Source: Octopus vulgaris
Taxonomy: Eukaryota
Assembly: GCA_951406725.2 (NCBI GenBank)
Contig: OX597825.1
Location: 46,004,001 to 46,068,000, forward strand
Length of the DNA: 64,000 nucleotides
Direction of reading: 5' to 3'
Part shown: piece by piece, positions 1 to 14,371 of the stretch
Layout of the letters: every line of letters begins with the position of its first letter
Position numbering within the stretch: the stretch's first letter is position 1
Notes under the pieces: generated by a model
Databases searched by the model: none
Told to the model about the DNA's origin: nothing
The model's input: only the letters and a program-made list of their open reading frames with translations
Program-made: the position numbers and the translations under genes

Positions 1-968
1 AACCCATGGCCCCTACCTGGGACGTAGTCAGTCCACCTGTGCATACCTTCCTTCTTGTGACACTTGTGAAGACCTGTTGAGGCAAGTGAAAATCAAAATC
101 AAAATCAAATCAAATCAAAACAAATCAAAATAGATGAACATCAATGGAATTTGTATCTTTGTGGTACCAGTGCCGGTGGCACACAAGAAAACCATCCGAA
201 CGTGGCCGTAGCCAGTACCGCATCGACTGGCCATCATGCTGTGGGCACATAACAAACACCATCCGATCGTGGCCGTTCGCCAGCCTCATCTGGCACATGT
301 GTCGGTGGCACATGAAAACACCATCCGAAGACCCGGCAAGACTAGTCAGGCCATAACCCGTGGCCCCTACCTGGGACGTAGTCAGTCCACCTGTGCATAC
401 CTTCCTTCTTGTGACACTTGTGAAGACCTGTTGAGGCAAGTGAAAATCAAATCAAATCAAATCAAATCAAAACAAATCAAAATAGATGAACATCAATGGA
501 ATTTGTATCTCTGTGGTACCAGTGCCGGTGGCACACAAGAAAACCATCCGAACGTGGCTGTAGCCAGTACCGCATCGACTGACCTCTGTGCTGTGGGCAC
601 GTAACAAACACCATCCGATCGTGGCTGTTCGCCAGCCTCATCTGGCACCTGTGTCGGTGGCACATAAAAACACCATCCGAGCGTGGCCGTCTGCCAGCCT
701 CGTCTGGCACCTGTGTCGGTGGCACATAAAAAACACCATCCGAGCATGGCCGTTCGCCAGCCTCGTCTGGCACCTGTGTCGGTGGCACATAAAATCACCC
801 ACTACACTCTCGGAGTGGTTGGCGTTAGGAAGGGCATCCAGCTGTAGAAACACTGCCAGATCTGACTGGCCTGGTGCAGCCTTTGGGCTCCCCAGACCCC
901 AGTTGAACCGTCCAACCCATGCTAGCATGGAAAGCGGACGTTAAATGATGATGATGATGATGATGATG
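1..968 (+). mobile_element. RTE-type LINE 3' UTR/tail with internal tandem duplication
   Basis: Ends in ...catgctagcatggaaagcggacgttaa(atg)n, the same tail seen after the RTE ORF at ~62036-62055. A ~354-bp block is duplicated (1 vs 355) and ~60-bp subrepeats lie at ~540-790. Confidence 0.75.
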
Positions 969-1314
969 AATGAGAGAGAAAGAAAAGAGAGAGGAAGAAA
1001 ACCAGTGAGTGAGAGTGAGATAAAAACAAATGTAACATACATGAACATAAACTTCATGCATCATTTTTATAACTTGAAGGAAAGGGGTGGGTAGATAAGG
1101 TTGATAGTAAATAGAATATGGAGATAAACTGGTAGACAAAAGGACAAGGCAAAACAGAAAGAGTATGAATTAATGTAAATTGAATAGATATAAAGAAACA
1201 AGGCACAAACACAAAGATACAGTTAATGATTATAAATATTATACACAAAAGGTGGGATAAACGTGTACATAAAACAATGTATAAAACATGAAAATTATGC
1301 AGAGAATACATATA

Positions 1315-1745
1315 TCATCATCATCATCATCATTATTGTGTAACGTCCGTTTTCCATGCTGGCATGGGTTGGATGGTTTGACTGGGGACTAGCAAGCCCA
1401 GAGGCTGCATCAGGCTCCAATCTGATATAGCAAGGTTTCTACAGCTGGATGCTCTTCCTAACGCCAACCTCTCCAAGAGTGTAGTGGATGCTTTTTACAT
1501 GCCACTGGAGCCAGTGATGTGGCACTGGCATCAGCCACGTTTGGATGGGGCTTTTTACATGCTACCGGCACAGGAGCCAGTCGGAGTGGGGGGCTGGCAT
1601 CAATCATGTTTAGATGGTGCTTTTTATGTGCCCCCAGCACAGGGAGCCAGTCAGGTGGTACTGCCAATGACCCATGCATAAATGGTGCTTATTGCATGCC
1701 ACCAGTATGGGAACCGGTCAGGCGGTACTGGCATCAGCCACAACT
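1315..1745 (-). mobile_element. RTE-type 3' UTR fragment
   Basis: (cat)n tail followed by aacgtccgttttccatgctggcatgggttgg and degenerate ~60-bp subrepeats, same family as 1-968. Confidence 0.7.
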
Positions 1746-1789
1746 ACCATTTCCATTTTGATTTTGATTTGATTCAGATTCTGATATAA

Positions 1790-2255
1790 TAATAAAAAGT
1801 AACAACAAAAGAATGAGACCTTGATATTTGATAAATAGAGGATTATTTATATATGTTATAATTTAGAACAAACAGTAAGTTCAGTTCTATATTTAAGAGA
1901 TGAGGAATTATGTACATTATTTACATTCGACGGATATTTGTCCTCATCTTACCCACAGGCATATGGCATTGTGGTTAAAAGCATGGGCTACTAACATCAA
2001 GATTACGAGTTTGATTCCAAGCAGTGACCTGAACAACAACAACAACAACAACAACAACAATAATAATAATAATAATAATAACAGCAGCAACAACAACAAC
2101 AACATCAAAAAACACTTTAGGAATGAGAGCTCAGGTTTGAAGATTTCCCCAAGATACCTGAAGAAGGCTGGAGGGTATATCAGCCGAAACATTGTGTTAA
2201 CAACAAACAAGATGAGGACAAATATCCGTTGAATGTAAATAATGTAAATAAGAAA
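1790..2255 (+). mobile_element. Non-autonomous PLE-derived element with inverted repeats and HHR-like motif
   Basis: 38-bp inverted repeat (1913-1950 vs 2209-2246) encloses a tRNA-like head, (AAC/AAT)n and CTGAAGA-a-ggctg...cagcc-GAAAC at ~2158-2190. Confidence 0.55.
2152..2197 (+). ncRNA. Degenerate minimal hammerhead ribozyme (C3-G8 core)
   Basis: CTGAAGA + a + stem II ggctg/cagcc + GAAAC; stems I and III are imperfect. Confidence 0.45.
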
Positions 2256-2543
2256 CAGTAAGTCGTCGTTATAGCACTCAGAGCTATGATGCGTTCTCGT
2301 CGACTATTAATGGCAGGAGGTAATAATAGTGATACCTCACAGTACAAGTTTAATTCATTCCATGACCAAGATCGTTTTACGATCTACTTGTTTTACAAAA
2401 CAATTTTTACCATTGAGATTAATCAAAATATAATTAATCCATTCCAGCCCCACCCACCACCATTAATAGCCAACATGAATGCATTGTAGCTCTTCACTCT
2501 GACATTTGAAACTCTGACAACTTACTGTTTGTTCTAAATCATA

Positions 2544-2621
<78 letters not shown>

Positions 2622-2624
2622 CTG

Positions 2625-2850
2625 TATTTTATTTGTTTCAGTCATTAGACTGTAGCCATGCTGGGGCATTACCTTGAAGAATTTTTAGTTGAAGGAATCA
2701 ATCCCAGTACTTTATTTTTTAAGCGTAACACTTACTCTATTGATCCCTTAGGCTGAACTGCTAAGTTACAGACAAACATACCAACACTGGTTGTCAAGCA
2801 GTGGTAGTGGGAACAAATACAGACACCCCACACACAAATATATATATATA
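2625..2850 (+). mobile_element. SINE-like interspersed repeat (same family as 23160-23380, opposite orientation)
   Basis: ttgtttcagtcatt...gccatgctgg...ctaagttac...ggttgtcaagc matches the reverse complement of 23160-23380. Transcriptional polarity is unknown. Confidence 0.6.
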
Positions 2851-2875
2851 TACACACACACACACATATATATAT

Positions 2876-3581
2876 TGTGTCCTGTACCCATATATGCATA
2901 TAGATGTAGGTATGTACATATATGTATATATGCATATGTTTATATATTATTTTTGTTATTAAATGATCGAACACCACACATCCATTTCCAAGTAAGTTTT
3001 ATCTTAATAATTATGATGCGCACTCTTAACTTTTACTAATTCTCCTCTGTCTGTCTCTCTCCCTCTCTTGTTCTTCATCCTTTCTGGTTTTCTCTCCCAC
3101 CCTTCCCTATTCTTATCCTCTCCCTTTCACCGTTCCCTCTCGTCACTGACATGTGACCAGAGGGAAGCTATCTTTCCGACTGCTATCTTCAATGAGTCAA
3201 GCTGTCTCCTCAATGCGTTCAAAATAATTTTTCAATCGTCTTGGCTTAACAACCCTCATCGTTTGTTTTTACTGTGTTATTCTCCTTGTCCTGAGTAGAC
3301 GAAACAGGGACAACTGAAGAAGGGGAATATTCCTTGTGTTGTATGTCTTGTACTCTGTTATTTCGTTGTTTGAAAAAAAGTTCGTTTCCATGATTTTTGT
3401 TTTTATGTTTTCGTTTCTCATTATGTTCAACGTTTTTTTTGTGTCCTGTACCCATATATGCATGTATATATACATATAGATGTAGGTATGTACATATATG
3501 TATGTATATATGCATATGTTTATATATTATTTATGTTATTATATGATCGAACGCCACACATCCATTTCCAAGTAAGTTTTA
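2876..3581. repeat. Element bounded by ~125-140-bp direct terminal repeats
   Basis: 2876-3001 and 3440-3581 are near-identical (tgtgtcctgtacccatatatgc...ccatttccaagtaagtttta); no ORF lies between them. Confidence 0.7.
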
Positions 3582-3905
3582 CATATATAAATATACACAT
3601 GTATTAGAATTTTCTCTGATTCTTCAGATTTTTGTATGCTAGGCTACTGGTTTTAAATTGATATGAATTAAATTAATATTCAATTTATCTCCCTCATTAT
3701 TTAAATGTTAAAATAAATATGTTCTCTAATAGGCAGCATTAACTGCAGTAAATTATTTACTGCAGATTTTGTTTCCGGAATTTTAGCGTGCCAGAACTCA
3801 GACATTTGAAATTAACCCCAAGGTAATCGGTGAAACTAAGCACGTGTCTGTTTTTATACGGAAAACTGGTGGTTAGTTTTTACAAATTATATTACCTGTG
3901 GAACG

Positions 3906-3982
3906 ATCGTACTGACGAGCCCTACTGACGAGGGATTGCGTAAGTGATTCATTCGTTAATAGGCGAAACCTAGGTCTGCGAT
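3906..3982 (+). ncRNA. Type I hammerhead ribozyme, intact core
   Basis: atcgta-CTGACGA-gcc...ggc-GAAA-cctagg-TC-tgcgat. Stem I is atcgta/tgcgat, stem III is the palindrome ACCTAGGT, predicted cleavage after C3976. Confidence 0.75.
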
Positions 3983-4165
3983 TAATTTTTGTTTTTTTAT
4001 ATAATTTTCATCTGTCTTGCCTGCATATCGTTCTGGTGTCCGCTGAATTTTTCTCTAGAGAACATTCTTTTCTTTGTAGTTTGATCGCAGGTGATCTACT
4101 TCTAACATATGGTTAACCACATAGTGGTTTTTTAATCCTTTAAATATATAGCTAGCTAGATAGAT

Positions 4166-7100
4166 ATGTTTCTTTATTAGCCACACAGATTACAAAGTAA
4201 AGCTTTTCTTTTTGTGGGAGAGGAAAAAAAAGGTGGGTTAGGTTTTCAATCAAAAGGGATCGTGAAAGGGAAAGAAGAAAAAAAAAGAAAAGGGATAAAA
4301 AGGGGAAAAAACGATCAATAGGGATCATGTATCACAGTGTCATGGTGTAAAGGGGGAAGCAGATAAGGTTTATCCGTGGGAAGAAAAGCCTACGGAAAAG
4401 ACCAAAGTAACCTCGATCAATGATGTTACATGTTACCACATTTGTTTGCAAGTAGGTAACCCTCTGTTTTAAATTTTCCGGGTTCATAGGATTATGCTCA
4501 AAGTGGCTTCGTCATTCATACATGCCATCCTTGCTACACTCACTCATCTTTTTTTGAAACATTCGCTAGACAAAACTTGCCTCTCTATTCTCACTTTCCT
4601 TTCAAAGTGATACTTGAAAAAGTTGATGATAGATTGACCAGAGAGGAAAGTGTTTGTCTCCAATCCTTTCAGACGCATCCACCAGATTACATTCTTTCGC
4701 CATAGCCACAAGGATGATGAAAATAGCTCTTCCTTCCCGTTTGAAGGAAGGAGGCGTGACAATATTGACAATATACTCGGCTGGTAAACCGACTCGTCCC
4801 ACATGTGACAAGTCGTTCGACATAAGCCCACAGGTCGGAAATTGTTGGACACTGCACGAGTGCATGCAGAACGGTTTCGTCGCTCTGACCGCATCTCGGG
4901 CAGGGCGGCCCCGTGTTTCTCGAGCCGTGTCTGTAGAGCTTATCCCGAACGGGTAGCGCTTCTTGGTAGCACTACCCGGCCAGGGATCTCTGGAAGTTGT
5001 CCATGGGCCCTGGCCCGAAAGTCGTCCTGAACAGGCGGGTCAGGTATTCCTCGTCGACGTCCAGGTTCGCCCCAGGCTCGTCGTCGTACCTCCCCTCCAC
5101 CAATCCCCTATAGAATGCTTTGGTTGTGTTGAAGTCACTCAAGGTCGACCCGGGACGGCAGAGTTGCTTGAGAGCAACGCAACACTCACGGTGCCATTCG
5201 CCCTTCCTCGGCCTCTTTTTGATCCACGACTGCAGTTCGGTCATGGAGACGTGTTGCGGGAAAGCGTGCCTCACAAACGGCGACTACACCTGTTCACCGT
5301 CGTCTACGTAGAACCTGAGATGTCGCAGTCTCGGCGCGTGTCTGCGCATCATCAACCACGGCATGCCCAGTCCTTCTTTTAACGGGTGTTGACAGTAAAT
5401 AGATCGCCTGACCATCGGGGCGCATCCTTTCCACAAAAAGCGAAAGAGAATGCATTCTAGTTTGGTGATGGTAGGGTCGAGACAAGGCACGACGGTCAGG
5501 CGGTAGTAGATGACGGACGCGATGTACGAGTTCACCACCTCCGCCCGACCTTTTAGGGACAGTTTCCTCTCGGCCCATTGCCGGGCGAGAGTAACCACCC
5601 AACTCGTTATCTCGTTCCAGTTTTCTCCATTTGGAGGTCCGGACCAAACCAGACCCCGAGCAACTCGACCGGTCCGTCAGTCCAGCGTCCCATGACAGAG
5701 GCACTGGTGGATGACATGGGCTTGCTTCTCCAGGTGCCGAGTCGCAAGCCCACTGATTTTTCCCGGTTGATTTTCATTCCTGTCACCGCTTCGTAGTCCT
5801 TCAGTGTCTCGCCGACCAGCTCGATGTGCTCGTGGTTAGACACTATGACGGTGACGTCGTCTGCGTATGCAGACACGCTCGTCCCGCATCCCAATTCTCG
5901 CGGGATGCCTCTCAGAGTTGCCAGCTTCCGCAATAATGGCTCGAGAGTCAATACGTAGAGAAGCGACGAGAGATGGCATCTCTGACGGACCGAACGTGCA
6001 ATGTCGGAAGGTCTCAATAGATGTCCATTTACCGAGCGGATACCTCTGTACAAAGCGGCTATCCAGCCGCGGAAGACGGGACCGAAACCAGCCGCTCTGA
6101 GGACAGCCTCCAAGTATCGATGGTCTTCCCTATTGAAAGCTTTCGATTGATCCAAACTGATCAGCGCCCCACCCATGCCAGGTTCCTTAACTAACCTGTC
6201 TATGATGTAGCGCATCAGGTGGAGGTTGTCATGGATGCCCCTACCCGGCACGGCGCTCGTTTGCACCTTGTCGACCAGTTTCTCGATGACAAGCGTCAGC
6301 CTCTTGGCTAACACATTGACCAAAATTTTCAAGTCTGCATTAAGCAGAGTGATGGGCCTAAAGTTATCTATTACATCCCTCTTGTTTAGATCTTTCTTTA
6401 GCAGTGTTACGGCTCCTCGGCTCACAAAACTCCCGTTTTGCTGCCAGTTGCAGTACACTGCTGCCAAGACGTCTCCAAACAAGTCTGGCATACAACTGTA
6501 AAGCTTGTAGGGTAGACTATCCAACTCCGGCGATTTGTCCCTCGAGCATTCTGCCATCGCGTCCTGTACTTCCGTCACCGTGATGGCACCTTCGCAGCGC
6601 CCTGCCTCTCTTGTCGAGAGTCGTGGTAGGCTGTGTAGGTAGGCACTGAAGTCCACCCTACGTTCTTGCCCGCCACTCATCCTGAACAGTTGGGAAAAAT
6701 GCTGTTGAAAGGCCTCACATTTTACTTAGCTCGAGCAATTCGCGCCCCTGTTCATCTACCAGAGACCGAATGGTGGCTTTGTTGCCCTGTTGCACCTCTG
6801 CCACCCAGGCCTCTCACGCGGCTCCAACACCTTCGTTCCTTAGAGCACGCATCCTAGCTCTGACAACACATCCTTCCTGTTTGGCATTGAAGTGTTGGTT
6901 GAGGGTCAACCTCGCCGCCAAAACGTCTAGCTCACCCTCTACTCTGTTTCTATCTATGGCTAGTGCTTTGCTGTACATAATCGCTTCTGCTTTTACTACT
7001 CTCTTGAGGGCAAACCACCGTTTGTTATTGATAATAGCTCCCGTCAAAGCCTTCTTTATTAGTGTGCTAATCCGGTCTCTGAAAACCTGTCTCGATGGGA

Positions 7101-8722
7101 AAGACGCGTTTAGTTTCCAGTATCCGGGACCCTGCCTATGTGTCTTACCTAAGACTAGCGTACATGTCACAAGTTTGTGATTCGCGTAGCTGACTGTGTG
7201 GAATTGTGGACATCCTATGCTATCTCTATCTACTGTCCTACACAGTATCCTATCTAGATACGATCTCGACGACCCGATGTGGTTGCTCCATGTCCACGGC
7301 GCATTTGGGTGGTCGAGTCAGACAGTTGAAAGCGTCTGAGTAGGTCTCTGAGGCATTTGCATCCCCGTCTATTCCTATCTCTGCCCACGTAGTCTACATG
7401 CGTGTCCAAGGTAGCATTCCAATCCCCCACTAAGAGTAAAAGACGAGACGTTCCCAAGAATACTTCTAGACGTTGAAAGAAATCCGCCCGACCTGTCGAA
7501 AAGCGCACCCATTGCTGCCGTCGACATCCAGAACGACCAGTCTACCCTCCGGGGTCTACGAATATTGTCTTTACTTTGAGATCCAGACTCTTGCGAAAAA
7601 GTACCGCGGTGCCACTACCGCCCATTCTTGGCAGACAGGGGGAAAAATAAATGTTGAACTGTCCGACAAACATGGTCTTTAGGGCCCGCGGATTGTGGAG
7701 TCTGGTCTCACTTATGGCTATGATTTCTAACTTGTGTGACTTTATGTCATTTAAGAGGTACCCTTGTTTCCAAGGGGACCCCAAGCCACGTGCATTTACA
7801 CAACCAATCTTGATCATAATCCTAGTGAATTAAAATACAAGCGAAAGGAACAGAGGGTTACTTAGTGCTCGAAAGTGTTTGGTTTGTCCTCGAGGAGATC
7901 CCAGTAAAGTTTCTTCATGAGGTATTTTTTGCATATACCAATCGCACTGGGGAAAATGCCTTTTAGTGTGTGGTGCAGACTTCTGGAGATATGTAGTATT
8001 TTGATGTGATCCGGTGGTGTTGTGTATGGGTGATTGTTTGTTTTTATGTCATCTTCTGTTATGTTTGTTTTTGATTTGATGTATTCCATCAAATTTGTGT
8101 TTTTGGTGTCTATAGCTGTGAGCATGTTTGCTGTATATATTTTTGTGGTGTTGGTGTGGCTGTCGTTTGTGGTGGGTTTTGAAATGTCTTCGGGAGATGT
8201 ATTTCCCCCTGCTTTGTTTGTGTTTGCATTTGGTTTGGTTGTGTTTCTGCTCTTTTTTTCCATTCCTTTTCTAGCTATTTGCCATTCCTCACTGGTTTCG
8301 TCTTCCGGCGAATTTTCTGAGGAATCAGAAGGGGGTAGGGGTATGTTGTAGGCTTCTGTGTATGTCTGTGTAAGTGGTTGTGTTGCTGTTTTCGTTGCTG
8401 CTGGTTGTTGAGTGTTTGTGTGAGGTGAGTGTGGTGAGGGGATGTGGAATCAGTTTTTGTATATATTTTTGTTTTTCTGTTCCTTTTGTTCTTGCTGTTG
8501 TTGGTATTTTCTCAGGTGTTATATTATTTTTGATTGTTGATGGATTAGCTTGGTGTGCTTCTCTTGTCGTCTTCAGTGTTGATGGTGGTGTGGGTAGTAG
8601 TGCTTTTTTCTTCAGAGTATTTTGGTTGTGGTAGTGGTAGTGGTTGTTGTTGTTGCTCTTGTGCAGTGGTTGGACATTTTTTTTCAAATGTGTTTTGCTT
8701 CTGCACAAATAGCAACGTGGTA
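4166..8722 (-). mobile_element. Tx1/L1-clade non-LTR retrotransposon, 5'-truncated and frameshifted
   Basis: ORF1 remnant (7862-8720) with a knuckle-like CYLCRSKTH. ORF2 has APE (MIKIGCVNARGL, ISETRL, LVGDWN), RT (FRPITLLNAD, SAYADD) and a C-terminal CPRC...H..C finger. AATAAA lies near the 3' end. Confidence 0.9.
4544..7817 (-). pseudogene. Tx1-like ORF2 (APE endonuclease + reverse transcriptase), disrupted
   Basis: ORFs 7542-7817, 7254-7508, 6814-7170, 5607-6680, 5284-5598 and 4972-5274 are consecutive pieces of one protein. Confidence 0.88.
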
Positions 8723-8798
8723 TAGATACTTATACATGATGGGCAAAATTACCACATGATAAATAGTTATGAAGATAAAAATGTAGAGTAAAAATATG

Positions 8799-9168
8799 AA
8801 CAAGAGCACTCAGAGAGCACAAACCTCCACCAAGGCAACACCAACGTACTCTCAACGATTAGCCAGAGATGATTTTTAAAATGAGAATATCTGAAATAAA
8901 CTCAATTGATCTCAAAAACGAGAACACTAAAAATGAACCTGACTGCTCTCAAAAGTTAAGTGAGAAAACCGGAAAAATAATCCTGAATCCTTGTCTGGTA
9001 CTGGATCGATCCCAAAATCTAATCAATTCATGCCAGTCACAAGGCCAAACATCCCTGAAAGTTTCATCTGAATCCATCCAGCAGTTCTTGAGATATATTG
9101 TCCACAGACAAACAAACAAACCAACACGACTGAAAACAATACCTCTGCCTTTGCTAAGGCGGAGGTAA
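8799..9168 (+). mobile_element. Non-autonomous HINE/Helentron-like element
   Basis: Starts aacaagagcactcagagagc; subterminal inverted motif acctccacc / ggcggaggt; 3' hairpin acctctgcctttgctaaggcggaggt. Confidence 0.55.
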
Positions 9169-9171
9169 TAA

Positions 9172-11315
9172 TAGTGATACCTCACAGTATAAGTTTAATT
9201 CATTCCATGACCAAGCTCGTTTTATGATTTACTCATTTTACAAATCAATTTTTGCCATTGAAATCAATCAAAATATCAATCCATTCCACCAAAACCACCA
9301 CAAAATAATTTTTTATAACAGTAAAGGTGCAGTTATAAGGAAAATGACAATTATAAAAACATAATAAAAGAGAATGCAAAAGAATATGTAACCTGGTTTT
9401 ATTAATTTAATTACCTTAATGATTTGTGCGCAAGGAAGCTGATGGAGTGAAGAGAAGGATTATTGTTTGGAAGGAGAATGTCTTTTCATTAAGACTTCAG
9501 GAAGAACAATTTCTGACATTTTCTCTCTCACATCACTTTAGGCTTTTTGGATACACTTTAGATACTTTATCAGGATGATGTTTTTCTACAAATTCAGAAT
9601 CATATTATCACTTTGCCAAAACTGCCTTTATATCACTTGTATAGAGATAGCCTTCTCCACTACTGTGTCTTCCTCCAGGAAACCAGTCTCTTCCATCACA
9701 TCCGAATGCTGTAGGAGTTCATCTGTCATAAGCTCCTCTGAGTGTTCCTCGACAAGATTGTTAATGTCCCCATTGTCAACCTCCAGGTCCATAGACTTGC
9801 CAAGAGACACTATCTCCTTGATTACAGGTATCTCAGACTCAAATCCCTCAAAGTCTCTTTCAGATATGCAGTCAGGTCACAGCTTCTACCCTGCAGAATT
9901 CAACATTCTCCTTGTTACACCCTGCCAGGCCATATTGATTATTTTCAGGCAGTTAACAATGTTGTAGTGCTCCTTCCAAAATTCATGATGGATTAGATTT
10001 GTATTTTTGGTGACTTCAAAGCACTAATGAATTAGGTGTTTGGAGTACAATTTCTTAAAATTAGAAATCAATCATTGGTCTATGGGCTGCAAGATAAGGG
10101 TGGTGTTACATACAGGATGTCCAGGATATCATCTTCACGGTTAGGGGGTTGGGCAGGAGCATTGTTGAGGATAAAGAGAACCATGAGAGGAAGATTGTTC
10201 TCCAGAAGGTACTTTTCCACTGCTGATCTGAAGTCAAGTTTGATCCACTCGGTGACTCAGGCCTTAATGTTCGCACTCCACATGACCTGCAGCTTTCCTT
10301 CAGGATTTTGTACAACTTGAACACTCATGAATTTTTGAAATGGTAGACAAGGAACAGCTTAGTCTTCAAGTCTCCACTTGCATTGACACAAAGGATGAGA
10401 GTTTGCCTATCTTTCTTAGGCTTGTGGCCTGGCATTTTCTTCTCTGCAGTTATGTTGGTACTTCTAAGCATTTTTTCCCCCAAAAGGCCAGTTTTATCAC
10501 AGTTGAATACCTTTTGTGCAATGAGCTGATGGAATTCATGCATGAAATCCTCAGCTGCCTTTATGTCAGAACTCGCTGTTTCTCCATACCTAACTATGCT
10601 ATGAACACCAGTCTTCTTGAAATTATTGAACTAGCCACAGCTGGCCTTAAATACATCTGCTGATGTCTCTTCCATCAATGTTCCAGGGTTCTGCTTCAGG
10701 AGATCTCCATACAGCACTTGTGCTTTCTTACTGATGATGGTCTCCATAATTGTATCCCCTGTGACTTGCTTCACATTGATTCACAGGAGAAACAATTATT
10801 CCATCTCTTCGTGGACAGATATGCATTACTTGGAGATCCTGAAGATACCATTTGCTGTTGTAATGGCCTTGATCTCATCCTTTTTCTTCAGGATGGTACG
10901 GATCGTCAACATGCTTTGGTCATATTGACATACTATGTCCACTACATGCACTCTTCTCTCCTGTTTATCAATGATTTCCTTCTTCAATTCTATTGTGATC
11001 AGCTTTTCTTCTTCTCAGCACTGCCCTTTGCACTACCTTTCTTAGGAACCATGGCTAACACAACTAATTAACCTTAAAAAATTGCAAAAAACACACAAAT
11101 CTAAAAAATAGTGGGAAAAATACAATAGGGATGCTGCCACATTGAGATAAACATGTGAACTGAACATGCAGCAGCTGTACTTGCTGGGAGGGTATGTGTG
11201 AACTCGCACATACTGATGATTTCCACTCATACTTTAAGACAAAAATTCGTGCAACCCTTGGCTCACTCAACAATTTACTCGTACGATGGTGCACTCCTAC
11301 TGTGAGGTTCTACTG
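9172..11315 (-). mobile_element. Tigger/pogo-type DNA transposon, degenerate
   Basis: TIRs tagtgatacctcacagta / tactgtgaggttctactg followed by TA. Transposase remnants start MVPKKG (~11053) and include FNCDKTGL (FNxDETGL) and LCVNASGDLK. Confidence 0.85.
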
Positions 11316-12099
11316 TACTTGTATGACATATATCTTGATTGATAATGATGGTGAATAGGAAAAACACAGAACATACAATTTTGCTCTATTTTACTGCAGT
11401 AAAATTGTATAGAGCAAAATTTGATGGTAAAAAAATCATAAGAAAGGTCCAACGAATACTGAGTTATTTTTAAGCAATGAATTAAAAGATCAATAATGAT
11501 TGTTGAAGCTAGCTAGCCATTTGGTGGCATCAGTTTGCAAATTAAGAATATTGTCTACAAAAGTTCAGAAATTCAGTCTTGCAGTGCAATACAGATTAAT
11601 CTTTGAGTAGTATAAAGTACTTTTTGCTCAAGCACAATGAACACCTCATAGAATTCTATGATCCATGCCTGTAAGGATTAGCTTTCTCTGAAATAGACCA
11701 TTGTCTCTTAAAGGGGAACAGAACAACCAGCATCTTTTAATTGCCGTATGTGGGCTGGTGTGTGTGTGTTAGTGATACAATGCCACTCAATCAAGTGGTC
11801 CTCCCCTGGATACATTCTAGGATGTCAGTGTACATAGCAGCAGCATCCCTTAGTGAGGTGGTAAATGATGCAATTTTGCTTAAGACCTGGTAATATAATA
11901 TCTTCTGCTGTTAATAAGGGTCAGGACAATGAACATCAAGAAATATGGAGACAAGATAAAATTGACTGCAACATTTATTCTGACACTAAAAGGAAATACA
12001 GCAACTGGTATAACATTAATAAATCTGTCAAATACAATACATAGTTTCAAAGTGCTTCTTGAAGATGAAGATGAATGTTGTAAAAAACATAAAGCATGG

Positions 12100-14275
<2,176 letters not shown>

Positions 14276-14291
14276 CCAAAACAGGGCAAAG

Positions 14292-14362
<71 letters not shown>

Positions 14363-14371
14363 CAAGACAAA

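Noticed and set aside
125-944. Many overlapping 100+ aa ORFs and regularly spaced ~60-bp repeats (CRISPR-like at first glance)
   Set aside because: Units are contiguous tandem repeats without unique spacers, no cas genes are present, and the ORFs are by-products of a GC-rich retrotransposon UTR.
3285-3345. GAAAC and CTGAAGA close together, a possible permuted hammerhead
   Set aside because: I could not build consistent stems II and III or a UH site.
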